Shown: piece after piece, positions 27,202 to 27,298 of the stretch
How positions within the stretch are numbered: position 1 is the first letter of the stretch
Layout of the letters: the number at the start of each line of letters is the position of its first letter
DNA from: Ignavibacteria bacterium
GTDB lineage: Bacteria; Elusimicrobiota; Endomicrobiia; PHAN01
DNA: 27,298 bases
Assembly: GCA_041694835.1 (NCBI GenBank)
Contig: JBGFRZ010000062.1
Span: forward strand, 1-27,298
Direction of reading: 5' to 3'
The notes under the pieces: model-generated
Told to the model about the DNA's origin: nothing
The model's input: the letters and a program-made list of their open reading frames with translations, nothing else
Database searches by the model: none
Made by a program: the position numbers and the translations under genes

Positions 27202-27298
27202 ATGAGGCCGCATAAAAATCTTAAAATTTGGGAAAAAGTGATGTTGATGATAGAAGAAATTTATCAGCACACTGGCGGTTTTCCGAGAGAAGAAGTTT
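27202..27298 (+). CDS. Four-helix-bundle protein (23S rRNA IVP / TIGR02436-like), N-terminus only, runs off the window
   Basis: Manual translation gives MRPHKNLKIWEKVMLMIEEIYQHTGGFPREEV, matching the family pattern H/FxxLxxWxK...IYxxTxxFPxEE. Absent from the ORF track. Confidence 0.85.
   Translation, partial: MRPHKNLKIWEKVMLMIEEIYQHTGGFPREEV

Noticed and set aside
27202-27298. Diversity-generating retroelement suggested by the Avd-like fold
   Set aside because: No reverse transcriptase and no TR/VR pair with adenine-specific mismatches in this window. The sequence fits the IVP four-helix-bundle family.

Overview
A 27.3-kb bacterial window in which every credible gene is on the + strand. The backbone is a large nucleoside/nucleotide salvage cluster: ade, deoB, punA, pdp, mtnP, a PfkB kinase, add, cdd, an ATP-cone/uridine-kinase fusion and a dGTPase. 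It also holds two phosphate uptake modules (Pit plus DUF47, and a Na/Pi cotransporter), a RecJ with an inserted DEDDh 3'-5' exonuclease domain and a secreted two-HKD PLD-family enzyme. Four uncharacterised enzymes are interleaved: a DHH/DHHA1 protein, a metal TIM-barrel protein and two P-loop kinases. Accessory cassettes near the left end are a partial Tsp45I-like REase, an amino-MTase plus HinP1I-like REase pair, and hicBA. The most unusual signal is non-genic: a family of 7-nt (sometimes 8-nt) periodic repeat elements. They have a purine-rich arm followed by a pyrimidine-rich arm, always in the same transcriptional polarity, and fill most of the long intergenic spaces. They also invade two coding regions in frame (twice in deoB, once in the PLD signal peptide). 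One such tract runs directly into a four-helix-bundle (23S rRNA IVP / TIGR02436-like) gene that starts at 27202 and is missing from the ORF track. MITE-like inverted-repeat elements and nested REP-like palindromes are also present. All family assignments come from motif recognition by eye, not from database searches.
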